Positions 13,530-26,351 of a DNA stretch of 64,000 bases are shown here, piece after piece. A program made the translations under genes and the position numbers. Source of the stretch: Octopus vulgaris (taxonomy: Eukaryota); NCBI GenBank assembly GCA_951406725.2, contig OX597815.1, forward strand, positions 24,180,001 to 24,244,000. The letters run 5' to 3'. The notes under the pieces were generated by a model that was given only the letters and a program-made list of their open reading frames with translations, made no database searches and was not told the origin of the DNA. How positions within the stretch are numbered: the stretch's first letter is position 1; the number at the start of each line of letters is the position of its first letter.

Positions 13530-13937
13530 GAAGACGCTCCACCTTTATTCTCTAGAAAAACGCTGCCACCGTGGTGATCTCATTATTGCTTACAACATCA
13601 TAAGCGGAAAGTGTACCCTCCCGAAAGAGCTGTTCTTCACTCCTGCTCCAGAGCGTCGGCTGCGAGGTCACTAAGAAAAGCTCTATCTGCAACGATTTCA
13701 TCTCAATCGAAGGAGAGGGGCTTTCTCCGTCCGGGTTGCGGATCCGTGGAATAAGCTGCCGGACGAGATAGTGAAGATGCCGACGACCGCTCGGTTCAAA
13801 GTCTGTCTTGACCAGAAATGGCCTGAACTCTTTGCATGAACACCCTCCCTGTACATAACTCCATGTCCCCCTACATAGCCTTGCTTTTTGCTTTTTGAGC
13901 CAAAAAATTAACCTAACTTAACTTAACTTAACTTAAC
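13530..13937 (+). mobile_element. CR1-type LINE 3' fragment (duplicated copy)
   Basis: Same 5' truncation point and flanks as 12738-13135. Confidence 0.85.
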
Positions 13938-14029
13938 ATATATCACAAGCATTTCCCGCCACTCAACACTAATTTTAAATCCTATGTTATTTTATACATT
14001 ATATTGGAGCAAATAATGTTATTTTTAGG

Positions 14030-14412
14030 TGTGTGGTAAGTAGCTTGTTTACCAACCACATGGCCCCGGGTTCAGTCCCACTGCGTGGCACCTTGGGCAA
14101 GTGTCTTCTACTATAGCCTCGGGCCGACCAAAGCCTTGTGAGTGGATTTGGTAGACGGAAACTGAAAGAAGCCCGTCGTATATATATATTTGTATGTGCA
14201 TATATGTTTGTCCCCTTAGCATTGCTTGACAACCGATGCTGGTATGTTTATGTCCCCGTCACTTAGCGGTTCGGCAAAAGAGACCGATAGAATAAGTACT
14301 GGGCTTACAAAGAATAAGTCCCGGGGTCGAGTTGCTCGATTAAAGGCGGTGCTCCAGCATGGCCGCAGTCAAAATAACTGAAACAAGTGAAAAGAGAAAA
14401 AGAGAAAAGAGA
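14030..14412 (+). mobile_element. tRNA-derived SINE, family A
   Basis: TGTGTGGTAAGTAGCTTG...GGGTTCAGTCCC head, CCTTGGGCAAGT, internal microsatellite, tail CAGCATGGCCGCAGTC...AAAAGAG. Confidence 0.85.
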
Positions 14413-14767
14413 GAGATTCAAGACATTCTGGGACATCTGAGTTTTCGTACTTCTTAACGAAGCCAACTCACCTTACTGGAAATACTTGGGAAAATAGGTT
14501 TTCGTGGAATAGATTTTCGTGGAATGCGGATCTCAAATATACATGTTTTTTTTTTTTCACTTCAAAAATGAAACGAAATATTTTACAAATACAATAGTAG
14601 TTTCTGAATGTGATTTATGGAAGTTCTATTGTTACGTATAAGTCGTCACTACACTGTTTTAGGTGTGGTAGTTTAACTTGTGTCTATATTCACGAAATAC
14701 ATATCTGCATGTATATGCGCGCGTGCGCATATACACATATACATATATATGTATGTATGTGTGTATG

Positions 14768-14837
<70 letters not shown>

Positions 14838-14851
14838 CATACATACATACA

Positions 14852-14882
<31 letters not shown>

Positions 14883-15061
14883 TGGTTATCGGCAAAAGAA
14901 AATACAGGAGGATCAGTTAATTATGATTTTATTCAACATATTCCGTTCTCAGGTTCATTTACATTGTAGCGATCCTTCAGTTTTTCTAAGGCTTTTGCAA
15001 TACCCTTAAAGCCAGAAACTTTTCAGCGACCCCTCGTGTATATATATATATATATATATAT

Positions 15062-15105
<44 letters not shown>

Positions 15106-15599
15106 CGAGTGCAATATTTGAGGGAATGTATAACACTCCGTCGCCGCTATCACCTGTCCCATTAATGTCTTTGGCGGAACCTGCTCTGATGCAAGTATTC
15201 GAACCAGGTCACCATCTTGTGGATAATTTCCTTTCATTCACATGTCACAAAGACCCTGGAAAGAAACATAAATACTGCCCTACTTCCTCTGACTAACCCA
15301 TTAAAAGTAATCAGTAAACTATTTGGATAGTGACTAATGAAATTTTTGCTCTATTGGATAAATCTATAAACTTCAGTTCAACGCTTGCTACAGTAGAGTT
15401 AAAAGTTCTGGGATTAAAATCCTTTTTGACTCAAATGAATTCGCTGAGACTGGTCAAATTTATAAGCGACTTCGAGTTAAAGAACATATTTTTAATTTAA
15501 CAGATGTCCATGTATAAATTAAGAGATCCGTTTTGTTAACAACAATGATTTATTTCGTTATCCTAAAAAAAGTTACGTATTTTCCGGTGTATAAGACGT

Positions 15600-15976
15600 C
15601 TATCTATCTATCCGCTCAGTCGAAGTCGAGTCTCGGTTACTCGTTGGATAAGTGTCCTCCAGTCAGTTCTATCCTGGGCCGCTTCTTTCAGATTGGCTAT
15701 GTCCATTCCGGTATCACTCTTGATGGTGTCAAGCCAGCGGGTTCTTGGTCGGCCTCTTCCTCTCTTGCCACTGACCATTCCGAGCATGATGTCCTTCTCC
15801 AGGGATTTTCTCCGCATAATATGACCGAAATATGCCATTCTAGCTTCTAGCGACATTTTCGGTCTGATCTGCTAAAGAACTTCTCCATTGGTGAGCCTCG
15901 CTGTCCATGGAATCCGTAAAAGTCTTCTCCAACACCAAAGCTCGAATGCATTAATTCTCTTCTGGTCAGCTTTCTT
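15600..15976 (-). mobile_element. RTE (BovB-like) LINE 3' fragment
   Basis: YFGHIMRRKSLEKDIMLGMVSGKRGRGRPRTRWLD...AAQDRTDWR; (TAGA)n tail. Confidence 0.9.
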
Positions 15977-16001
15977 TAGTGTCTAGGTCTCGCATCCATA
16001 T

Positions 16002-16213
16002 ACTCTTTTACTCTTTTACTTGTTTCAGTCAGTTGACTGCGGCCATGCTGGAGCACCGCCTTTAGTCGAGCAACTCGACCCCGGGACTTATTCTTTTTTG
16101 TAAGCCCAGTACTTATTCTATCGGTCTCTTTTGCCGAACCGCTAAGTAACGGGGACATAAACACACCAGCATCGGCTGTCAAGCAATGCTAGGGAGACAA
16201 ACACAGACACACA

Positions 16214-16275
<62 letters not shown>

Positions 16276-16437
16276 GACAGGCTTCTTTCAGTTTCCATCT
16301 ACCAAATCCACTCACAAGGCTTTGGTCGGCCCGAGGTTATAGTAGAAGACACTTGCCCAAGGTGTCACGCAGTGGGACTGAACCCAGAACCATGTGGTTG
16401 GTAAACAAGCTACTTACCACACAGCCATTCCTGCGCC
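16002..16437 (-). mobile_element. SINE family A, full length
   Basis: Reverse complement of family A from GGCGCAGGAATGGCTGTGTGG through the tail. Confidence 0.85.
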
Positions 16438-16629
16438 TATATGTTGCTATTGGGAAGACAATTGCATTCACCAATCTGCTTTTTGTGGTAAAAAATATAT
16501 ATTTGTGGAAAAAACATATCTATTTCACCATACACTCATACATTCGGAATCCCATATGTAATACGGTCGCATTAGACGCATGACAATCTTAAGGCCACAT
16601 TTAAGAATTAAAAGTAAAACGCATCTTAT

Positions 16630-17021
16630 GGGTTGATGGAAGCACTCCGTCGGTTACGACGACGAGGGTTCCGGTTGATCCGAATCAACGGAACAGCCTG
16701 CTCGTGAAATTAACGTGTAAGTGGCTGAGCACTCCACGGACACGTGTACCCTTAACGTAGTTCTCGGGGATATTCAGCGTGACAACAGAGAGTGACAAGG
16801 CCGGCCCTTTGAAATACAAGGTACAACATAAACAGGAAGTAAGAGTGAGAGAAAGTTGTGGTGAAAGAGTACAGCAGGGATCACCACCATCCCCTGCCGG
16901 AGCCTCGTGGAGCTTTGGGTGTTTTCGCTCAATAAACACTCACAACGTCCGGTCTGGGAATCGAAACCGCGATCCTATGACCGCGAGTCCGCTGCCCTAA
17001 CCACTGGGCCATTGCGCCTCT
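16630..17021 (-). mobile_element. tRNA-derived SINE, family D, tail 1
   Basis: Head GAGGCGCAATGGCCCAGTGGTTAGGG...GGTTTCGATTCCC; TSD CGCATCTTAT; matches 38913-39297. Confidence 0.88.
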
Positions 17022-17869
17022 CGCATCTTATACACCTGCATATACGACGCTATTTATTTCCTTTTGACGACGTGCGTACTGGGAATTCAAATTCAAATAA
17101 TGAATTTGTTGAACCAACCACTTCAATGTTTGCAATTTAAATTGCAGAAATTTACATTCGTTTATTCTAAATAAAAAAAAAAATTATAATGTAATAGATT
17201 TTTGTTTTTATTTTTATTTCTTCTTTGCTGTTTTTCAAAAGTTATTGCTATGTGCTGGAATATGATGTTCAAGCCATTAAATGTTTGGCAGCTATTTAAA
17301 CATCTGGAATAAATGACAGTCTGTTATAGAATGTTCCTCCAAGAGCTGTCGTTCTGTTAAATCTATTTTCACTATTTTTTACGAGACGAAGTAAGATTAA
17401 CTAAAAAAATATTGATGTGTTTAATAATTTCAGAATTTGCTAAAGCGTTAACGAATAGATTTCATACAAAAAGCCACAGATCTTATAATGGTGATTATCC
17501 GTCTTCAAATAATCCCCAGTATAATGTACACGCATAGATGTAGCCCCGCAAAAACCTCCCACTTCTGTCATCCTTCATAGCTAACCATCTCTAAAGGTAT
17601 TCACTTCCTTGAAGTAGTGAACTAATCGCCTGTTAGTTCAACCATCTACTCTGAACCCATAAAATAAAAATAAAAAGTGTCAGACAGAGAGAAGGGCGTG
17701 GTAGAAGAGCAGAAGTATTGCTCAATGGCAATTTTATTCAACAAGCACCTGATACATGACCGCTCAACCTGCTGGTAGTAGCAGTTAAAACTTACCACAT
17801 CTTACTGTCCAAAATTTGGAAATGTAGTTCTATATATACAAACAAATAAATACACATGCATACACACAT

Positions 17870-17923
<54 letters not shown>

Positions 17924-18183
17924 TATACTAGCTTATAGGGCGGCTTTTAAGCTAGCTCCTGTTGAGGGCTCTTCATTGGGCCTTGGGCCCAACAATGACA
18001 CTTCATGCATTGAGTGCATATTAAATTTTATTAACCTTAACCAATTTTTCAAGCAATGAACTATTTTCATCAAAACAATAATATAAGTTGTTGACTTGGA
18101 ACTTAATGCAAAGCTGCATGATAAACAACCTTCTTTATCTTCCCATTCGGGGGTCAGTACAATTTTTTCCTATCTAACCTCTT

Positions 18184-18241
<58 letters not shown>

Positions 18242-18251
18242 ATCTATCTAT

Positions 18252-18319
<68 letters not shown>

Positions 18320-18674
18320 GTTGGTTGTTTTCAACCATCACCATCACCAGTACCACCGCCATTACCTCCACAACTGCCATACACACACCATTAAGACTTC
18401 TGACACCACTACCATCAATACCTTTGATTTCACCATCTTCCCCTCCAACACCATCACCACTGTCTTTCACATCGCTTACTATCACCCCATTACAATCACA
18501 ACCGTCAATCTACTACCACCTTCACCGTCTCTATGTCTGCTATTACTCTTACCCAAACATAAAGTATAGTAGTGTCACAGAATAGTAAAAGAAAGGGCCA
18601 AAGTGTAACAGACAGAAATTCGTTTTGGCATTAATTATTAGAGAAGGTGATTGCTCTATCTTCATAGATGATTA

Positions 18675-18877
18675 CCTATTTCTTTATTACCCACAAGGGG
18701 CTAAACATTAGATGGGACAAACAAGGACAGACATAGGTATTAAGTCAATTACATCGACCCCAGTGCGTAACTGGTACTTAATTTACCGACCCCGAAAGGA
18801 TGAAAAGCAAAGTCGACCTCGGCGGAATTTGAACTCAGAACGTAACGACAGACGAAATACGGCTACGCATTTCGCCC
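18675..18877 (-). mobile_element. SINE family B, tail I, 5'-truncated
   Basis: Matches the other family B copies. Confidence 0.8.
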
Positions 18878-19469
18878 CTTGTGCTTCCTCGTTGCCAATG
18901 GCATTTCTGACTTCTTTCTGTCCATGACCTCCCACATGGCTATTCCGTCTCGTTCCAGATCAGCATGATTTGAAGCATAGGTGACAGGCGAACGTGGTAA
19001 CTTACTGTGGGCTTTGTAACTAGTTAGGTTTGCATAGGTCGCCACTTTTCCATTGCCATAGGACTTTCAAGGGATGGAATGACGAATAGAATCATTCTAA
19101 AGAGACATCTGTACGCCGTTCATTTATGAAAGTAAACGCTTGTACAACACCAGTGAGTGCCGCTCTTTGAGTTTCCGTAATTAGTGTCAAGTGAAAGGTC
19201 GGAAGGAGATGACCAGTCCTTATGTGAAACTGTAGATTTTACATCAGAGTCTCTCTCTCTCTCTTTCTCTTTCTCTTTTCCTCCCTCTCGCTCTCTCTCT
19301 CTCTCCCTCTCTCTCTCTCTCTTCTCTCTCCTAGAAGGATGTGATAATAGCAAGGGGTTCCTCACTCCTGGTGTTTTTACTGCGCGCCCTGACACCAGCC
19401 AAGGGTATTTCTGCTTCCCCGAACCAAAGCTTCACTACTGGATGCAATTCAAAGCCATACACAGATCTG

Positions 19470-19753
19470 TATACATACATACATACATACATACATACAT
19501 ACATACATACATACATACACACACATACACACATACACACATACATACATACATACACACACATACACACATACATACACACATACATACATACATGCAT
19601 ACATACATACATACATACATACATGCATACATGCATTCATACATACATATATACAAACATACATACATACATACATACATATATACATACATAGACAGAC
19701 ATACAAATATACATACATACATACATACATACATACATACATACATACATACA
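19470..19753. repeat. (TACA)n microsatellite
   Basis: Direct reading. Confidence 0.95.
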
Positions 19754-19794
19754 ATACTGGTTCTGATTAGTGCCCTCATTCACTTTAGTGATGT

Positions 19795-20250
19795 ATATAT
19801 TTTTGCCTTTAGGTTGTAAAATTGCGAATTAGCTACCCATATCTTATATACATATAACAAGGGTAATATTTCTATGCCAATATGCTGATAACAGACTTTA
19901 AATTGACGATTTCCCCATTTCACTTTACATTCACTATAAATACACGTTATGCTTTTTTCCATGGGTGCGTATAAGTATTTCATTTATTTCTTATCGTATT
20001 TTCTACCCAAGAGGGAAGAATCTATAAAATTTCCTGAAATTGATTCAATATAGAAACAACGAACTATTTTTTTTTTTTTAATCTGTTGGCTAGCTTTCCT
20101 CGATTTCAGCACAACGTGTTTTTATAGTGAATGTAAAATGAAATGTGGAAATTGACGATTTAAAGTCTGTTATCAGCATATTGGCATTGAAATAATTTTT
20201 CTTTTGCCCTTGTTTATAAGTTGTTTATAATTTTAACCTTTAAAGGTATT
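19795..20250. mobile_element. Foldback/MITE-like element with long diverged inverted arms
   Basis: TGCCAATATGCTGATAACAGACTTTAAAT...TTTACATTCACTATAAA (~19873-19945) is inverted at ~20115-20190; outer ends approximate. Confidence 0.7.
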
Positions 20251-20315
20251 TTAATATGCTGCCACTTTTGATGAAATTTTTTTCTGAAAAAAAAAATTTA
20301 TCCTATATTAGTAGA

Positions 20316-20848
<533 letters not shown>

Positions 20849-20853
20849 ATTTT

Positions 20854-20958
20854 TTAATTTATTATATAGAAGGAGCTTCTACAGGACTAGAACTGTTTCA
20901 TTCAAGCTTGAATGAAACAGTTCTAGTCCTGTAAAGCTCCTTCTATATAATAAATTAA
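20854..20958. repeat. ~105-bp near-perfect palindrome between TA tracts
   Basis: AGAAGGAGCTTCTACAGGACTAGAACTGTTTCATTCAAG|CTTGAATGAAACAGTTCTAGTCCTGTAAAGCTCCTTCT. Confidence 0.9.
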
Positions 20959-21035
20959 TTTTACTCTGCTATGTATTGAGTACCTTATTTACTATGGTTA
21001 ACCCCGAATCAACCCGGGACCTACATATATGTATA

Positions 21036-21091
<56 letters not shown>

Positions 21092-21684
21092 TTTTCTGTT
21101 TAGGGGAAATAATTCTGACCTTTGTTAGTAGGCAAGTTGATATCAACGGATATGTTTCGGCATCATTATGCTTCATCAGTATTGCATAGTATACTCAAGC
21201 ATGCTATGATCAAATTATAGGAATGTTTATAAATAGAATAAGAATTACTAAAATTTTTTGACCACAATAACTTTCATGATTAGAGAAAGTAAGTCAAGGG
21301 AGATAAATGAAATAGACCAATTATATCAATTTAAATAGCTTAGGTTGGGGGTGATGTATTGGATGACATACACAAAAAAATTCCTAAAGAGCTGAAATTT
21401 TGTCTCATAGATTAATTATAAAGATGGTTTATTGCCATGTTTCATGTCGACTGATTTATTATTTTATTTTTATCACCATTATTTGGGAATTTTCGGAATG
21501 TATCGTTGTCTCTACATAAAGGCAACAAATTTAGCTCATTACTTCATTGCCAGAACTGATAAGCAACACTCTTACTACAAGTATTAAATTGAAGTTTTGG
21601 ACGAGATAAAAACACAGACCCTCCCTTTAAACGAGACATCAGTAACCCGATAGGAAACAGAAAACATCCTTGAATACACGCACG

Positions 21685-21757
<73 letters not shown>

Positions 21758-22039
21758 ACACACACACACATACACACACACACATCACCGAACAGCATTA
21801 CCAATTTCTCAATAAAGTAGGACAGACAACACTACGTACACATACACACACACAAACACACAAAAACACACATATACACACATTCACACACATATCAATT
21901 TCATATGTGTGTTTATTTTATATGCATGTGTGTGTATATTATATATATATATATATATTATGTATATAACTATATATAACTATATAGATATATATATGTT
22001 ATGCATATATATTATGTACATATGTATATAAGTGTGTGT

Positions 22040-22081
<42 letters not shown>

Positions 22082-22827
22082 TATGTATATAAGTATATAT
22101 ATATATATATTATGCATATATATATTATGTACATATGTATATAAGTATGTGCGTATGTGTGTGTATATATATATTATGTATATAAGTATATATATATATA
22201 TTATGCATATATATATTATGTACATATGTATATAAGTATGTATGTATGTATGTATGTATGTATGTATGTATGTATGTATGTATGTATGTATGTATGTATG
22301 TATGTATGTATGTATGTATGTATTTATGTATGTATGTATGCATGTAGCAATGTGTAGGAGGAAAATATGCATGTGTGAGCACGGATGTGTGTACGTGTGT
22401 GTTAGGCTTCAATGAAACTTCGCTCTGCTTCTAAAAATATGACCAAAAAAATGTTTGGAATTGAGACTTAAATGAGTGAATGTACGTGTGTGAGGATTAT
22501 GCGCATGTTTCATTGTTCTGTGACCATGCAGCTGGGTTTGGTATATGTTCATAGACTATGAATGTGTCTATATTCATTTTATATATGTACATACATATAT
22601 ATGTATTCTTTTATTCTTATATTCTTTTATTCTTACCATAGTTTCTTTTTATATTAGTACAAAATACATGAGGACGCAATACGGGTTTGACGTCTTTATC
22701 TCATCTACCAGCAATGAACGTGGACTTTATATGTAAAGTAGGACATATGTAACCAATGTGGACTTAAACACTATTTTTAGCCTCAAGTATAAACAATAAA
22801 CATGCAGGCGTATATATGTATATATAT

Positions 22828-22844
22828 GAAAGAAGCCCGTTGTA

Positions 22845-22917
<73 letters not shown>

Positions 22918-23143
22918 ATGTGTGTGTTTGTGTGTCTGTGTTTGTTCCCCTAGCATTGCTTGACAACCGATGCTGGTGTGTTTATGTCCCCGTCACTTAG
23001 CGGTTCGGCAAAAGGGACCGATAGAATAAGTACTGGGCTTACAAAGAATAAGTCCCGGGGTCGAGTTGCTCGATTAAAGGCGGTGCTCCAGCATGGCCGC
23101 AGTCAAATGACTGAAACAATTAAAAGAGTAAAAGAGAAAAGAG
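22828..23143 (+). mobile_element. SINE family A, 3' half
   Basis: GAAAGAAGCCCG, then (TA)n, then family A tail. Confidence 0.8.
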
Positions 23144-23149
23144 TATACA

Positions 23150-23620
23150 AACAAACATGTGTGTGTGTCTGTGTGTACCCTTTCAAAGACTCTACATAGG
23201 AAAGTACTTCCACAGAAAAACGGATAGAAAGTCTTACCTTCGGGTTTTAGCTCTGCATATCTTCTAAACAGGTTATAATCCATCAAATTTCACTTGATGG
23301 ATTATAACCTATTTCTTTACTACCCGCAAGGGGCTAAACACAAAGGAGACAAACAAGGACAGACAGACAGAATAAGTCGATTATATCGACCCCAGTGCGT
23401 AACTGATACTTAATTTATCGACCCCGAAAGGATGAAAGGCAAAGTCGACCTCGGCGTAATTTGAACTCAGAACGTAATGGCAGACGAAATACGGCTACGC
23501 ATTTCGCCCGGCGTGCGAACGTTTCTGCCAGCTCGCAGGGTTTAGCTAAAACCCGAAAGTAAGACTTTCTATCCGTTTCTCTGTGGAAGTACTTTCCAAT
23601 GTAGAGTCTTTGAAAGGGTG

Positions 23621-23667
<47 letters not shown>

Positions 23668-23671
23668 TTGT
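23150..23671. repeat. Palindrome interrupted by a family B SINE
   Basis: 23173-23250 is the inverse of 23540-23623; centre AGGTTATAATCCATCAA...TTGATGGATTATAACCT; flanking GT/CA tracts are also inverted. Confidence 0.85.
23308..23536 (-). mobile_element. SINE family B, tail I
   Basis: Matches the other family B copies. Confidence 0.85.
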
Positions 23672-23717
23672 TATGCATTGTTAATGTAATAAGTGCAGCC
23701 TAATACAACAGCAGTTT

Positions 23718-23993
23718 TCAAAGATCCTTGTTGGTTAAAAAGAATCGCAGATTCAGTTTTTCAGAAGACCCGCAATCTAATTCCTCCTTTATTTTTACTG
23801 GTCTTTCAGCACATATGCTTGAACGCTGAACATCTTGATTTACTGATTCTTCAAGATTCCAACTAACTTTCAAACATTTGCTTGCTTTAGTATATCCAGA
23901 AGCTGCTTCTGAAAGTTTTCGGTAGGCCATGCTGCCAAACCTTTGTTCACAAAACCACATTTCCATCCAGTTTCCACTGATGAAACAACACAT
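23718..23993 (-). pseudogene. Possible DNA transposase C-terminal remnant, unclassified
   Basis: Complex ORF containing QRSSICAERPVKIKEEL, resembling the (C/S)AERxVK motif near the catalytic Glu of hAT/P-like DDE transposases. Confidence 0.35.
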
Positions 23994-24189
23994 GCCGTAG
24001 AGTTTTTCTCTACTTAATAGTAGAAGCCTGTATGTGAGGATGGCAAAGATTGCTTGTCAATTCCAATGTCTAAGTCTAAGAAATTTTCTAATCTTAATTT
24101 CTGGGAAAATGCTTTGTTGCTGATAAAATCAGAAAGCATGACCAAGCTCAAATAAAAGTCGAAGCCTAAAAATCTCGTATCTAATATAA

Positions 24190-24843
24190 ATACGAACGAA
24201 TTACATTCTGGATATCAACACTTAGTTACATCAGATTGGCAGAGAAGGTTTTGAAGAATTAACAATTGAAGATATTACAGAATTAACAAATGACGAAGTT
24301 CCTAGTAAAGAACAAATTATAGAGAGTATTTCAGAGAATATATATGATACCACGTTAGTTTATAGTAGTGATGATGAAGAAATGGTTCCACTATCTGCAA
24401 GTACAATTCTAGAAGGCCTCCAAGTAGCCAATAAACTTGGAAATCATTCTCTTACAAATGATAATAATGTTGAACGAGCCGTGCAATTCCAACATCATTT
24501 GAAAATGTTTATGGCACATTATGTAGAATCATATAAAGAACTAACGAAAACAATATCACAGCGTCTGATAACCGAATTCGTATTCAGAACCAGTGAAACA
24601 AAAGAAACACAAGATGTTAATTTTATTCAAGATACACATGGAGATATATCGCCATTTAATATTTCCAGTGACGAGAGTGATTTTGCACCACCGAAAAACA
24701 ACAGAAAACGGGCACATTTACTGTCTAGTAGTGACACTGAATGACTGAATGATTATGTTATACTGAGTTCGTACCGATTTATAGTAGCTTACCTTTCGAC
24801 TTATTTTAGAACATGGTTGAGTCCATAAAAGGGGATTTGACTA
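24190..24843 (+). mobile_element. pogo/Tigger-type transposon 3' remnant
   Basis: Acidic C-terminus ...NDNNVERAVQFQHHLKMFMAHYVESYKELTKTISQRLITEF; terminus AAAAGGGGATTTGACT(A)TA. Confidence 0.7.
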
Positions 24844-24932
24844 TACCTCCATTTAGAGCACAGTTTAAGCTATCTTTTCGTGAAAGAAGGTTTGTGTTTC
24901 TATAACCTGTGTTAATTCTGTAACCCTTTAAA

Positions 24933-25028
24933 ATGGAAGATAAGAAAGTTCATTTTCGGCACTTGATGCTTTGCTTTTTCCGTAAAGGGAAAAATGCCTC
25001 ATAAACAACCAAAGAAATATGCGTAGTT
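24933..25028 (+). pseudogene. Mariner transposase N-terminal fragment
   Basis: MEDKKVHFRHLMLCFFRKGKNAS*TTKEICVV, typical first HTH region. Confidence 0.75.
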
Positions 25029-25544
25029 ACCCGGGGGTCCTAGACCTATAGGACCCCTGGGTAACTGTCCAGTGTGTTTGTACATTAAAACAGCACTGAC
25101 TACACCTTAATGTTGTAAAGAATGGACTTACATAGTCTACGTTGTAGACTATGCTCAAGATCATTAAATGTAGCCTGCTCAAGTGAGTTTCTGATTTCAT
25201 GTGTCTTGAATCATTCATGGCAAACACAGAGAGAAACATTTTTTGTGAAGAGGCTTTACCTGGAAATTGCTCAGTGACCTGAAGAATTTCTGGACCTCCA
25301 TCACCTCCATACAATAATGGAGATGGTCCTCCTTTTTTTTTGTGTGTGTGTGGAAATTATACAACGTCCATGAACAAGTTTTGCAATGACTGTTACCTTC
25401 AGTTGCTCCAAATGGTTTTCGGCATCAGGTGGATGCAGAAAATGACCAGTTATCTCAATGGCAACCTCATTCAGTTGGTCAATGCTAACAGGAAACAGTC
25501 GCTGTTTGCTACCCATGTATGACACCAATGGTGTTTGACAGTGA

Positions 25545-25831
25545 TAATAATGATGACAATGATGATGATGATGATGATGACGACCATGACAACAATGATG
25601 ATGATGATGATGATGTGACAACCATGACAACGATGATGATGATGATGATGATGACCATGGCGACGATGATGATCATGATGATGACCACGACAATGATGAT
25701 GATGATGATGATGACCATTTCAACAATGATGACAATGATGATGATGATGACGACCATGACAACAATGATGATGATGATGATGATGACGACGATGATGATG
25801 ATGTTGATGATGACCATGACAATAATGCTGC

Positions 25832-25863
<32 letters not shown>

Positions 25864-25880
25864 ATGGTGGTGGTGGTGAT
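25545..25880. repeat. Degenerate (ATG)n/(CTG)n tract
   Basis: Direct reading. Confidence 0.95.
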
Positions 25881-26088
25881 GAAAACTAAAAAAAAGCAAT
25901 GTAAATGTTTATGAAAGTGCAGACTCATAAGGGCCTAATCCATTAGCTTCTCATAGCAATAAGCAGATGGAAAATCAATTTCCACTTGTGTTGACAATTC
26001 AGTATTTTTTACTCAATAATTATATGACCTAAGGTACATAGGATTGTCACACCAAGGGTTATAATAATAAAATGTATGCAACAGATTA

Positions 26089-26351
26089 ATTTCAGTTTGC
26101 GACATTATGGATTTCAGTTTGTGACAATATGGATTTCCGTTTGTGACAATATGGATTTCAGTTTGTGACATTATGGATTTCCGTTTGTGACATTATGGAT
26201 TTCAGTTTGTGACATTATGGATTTCAGTTTGTGACAATATGGATTTCAGTTTGTGACATTATGGATTTCAGTTTGTGACATTATGGATTTCAGTTTGTGA
26301 CAATATGGATTTCAGTTCGTGACATTATGGATTTCAGTTTGTGACATTATG
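26089..26351. repeat. 22-bp minisatellite, 12 copies
   Basis: ATTTCAGTTTGTGACA(T/A)TATGG at exact 22-bp period with no spacers. Confidence 0.95.

Larger units (their letters stand above)
12536..14512 (+). repeat. Tandem duplication of a ~800-bp unit (old SINE plus CR1 fragment)
   Basis: Unit 1 ~12536-13336 and unit 2 ~13337-14512 align end to end; unit 2 has an extra SINE insertion. Confidence 0.9.

Noticed and set aside
23977-23995. CTGATGAAAC hammerhead-like motif
   Set aside because: No room for stem II; chance match
25301-25928. His-, Met- or Ile-rich proteins
   Set aside because: Trinucleotide repeat; the adjacent VFGIRWMQKMT looks like a very old LINE remnant, too weak to call
26089-26351. 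CRISPR-like regular repeat
   Set aside because: Units are contiguous with no unique spacers, there are no cas genes, and the context is eukaryotic
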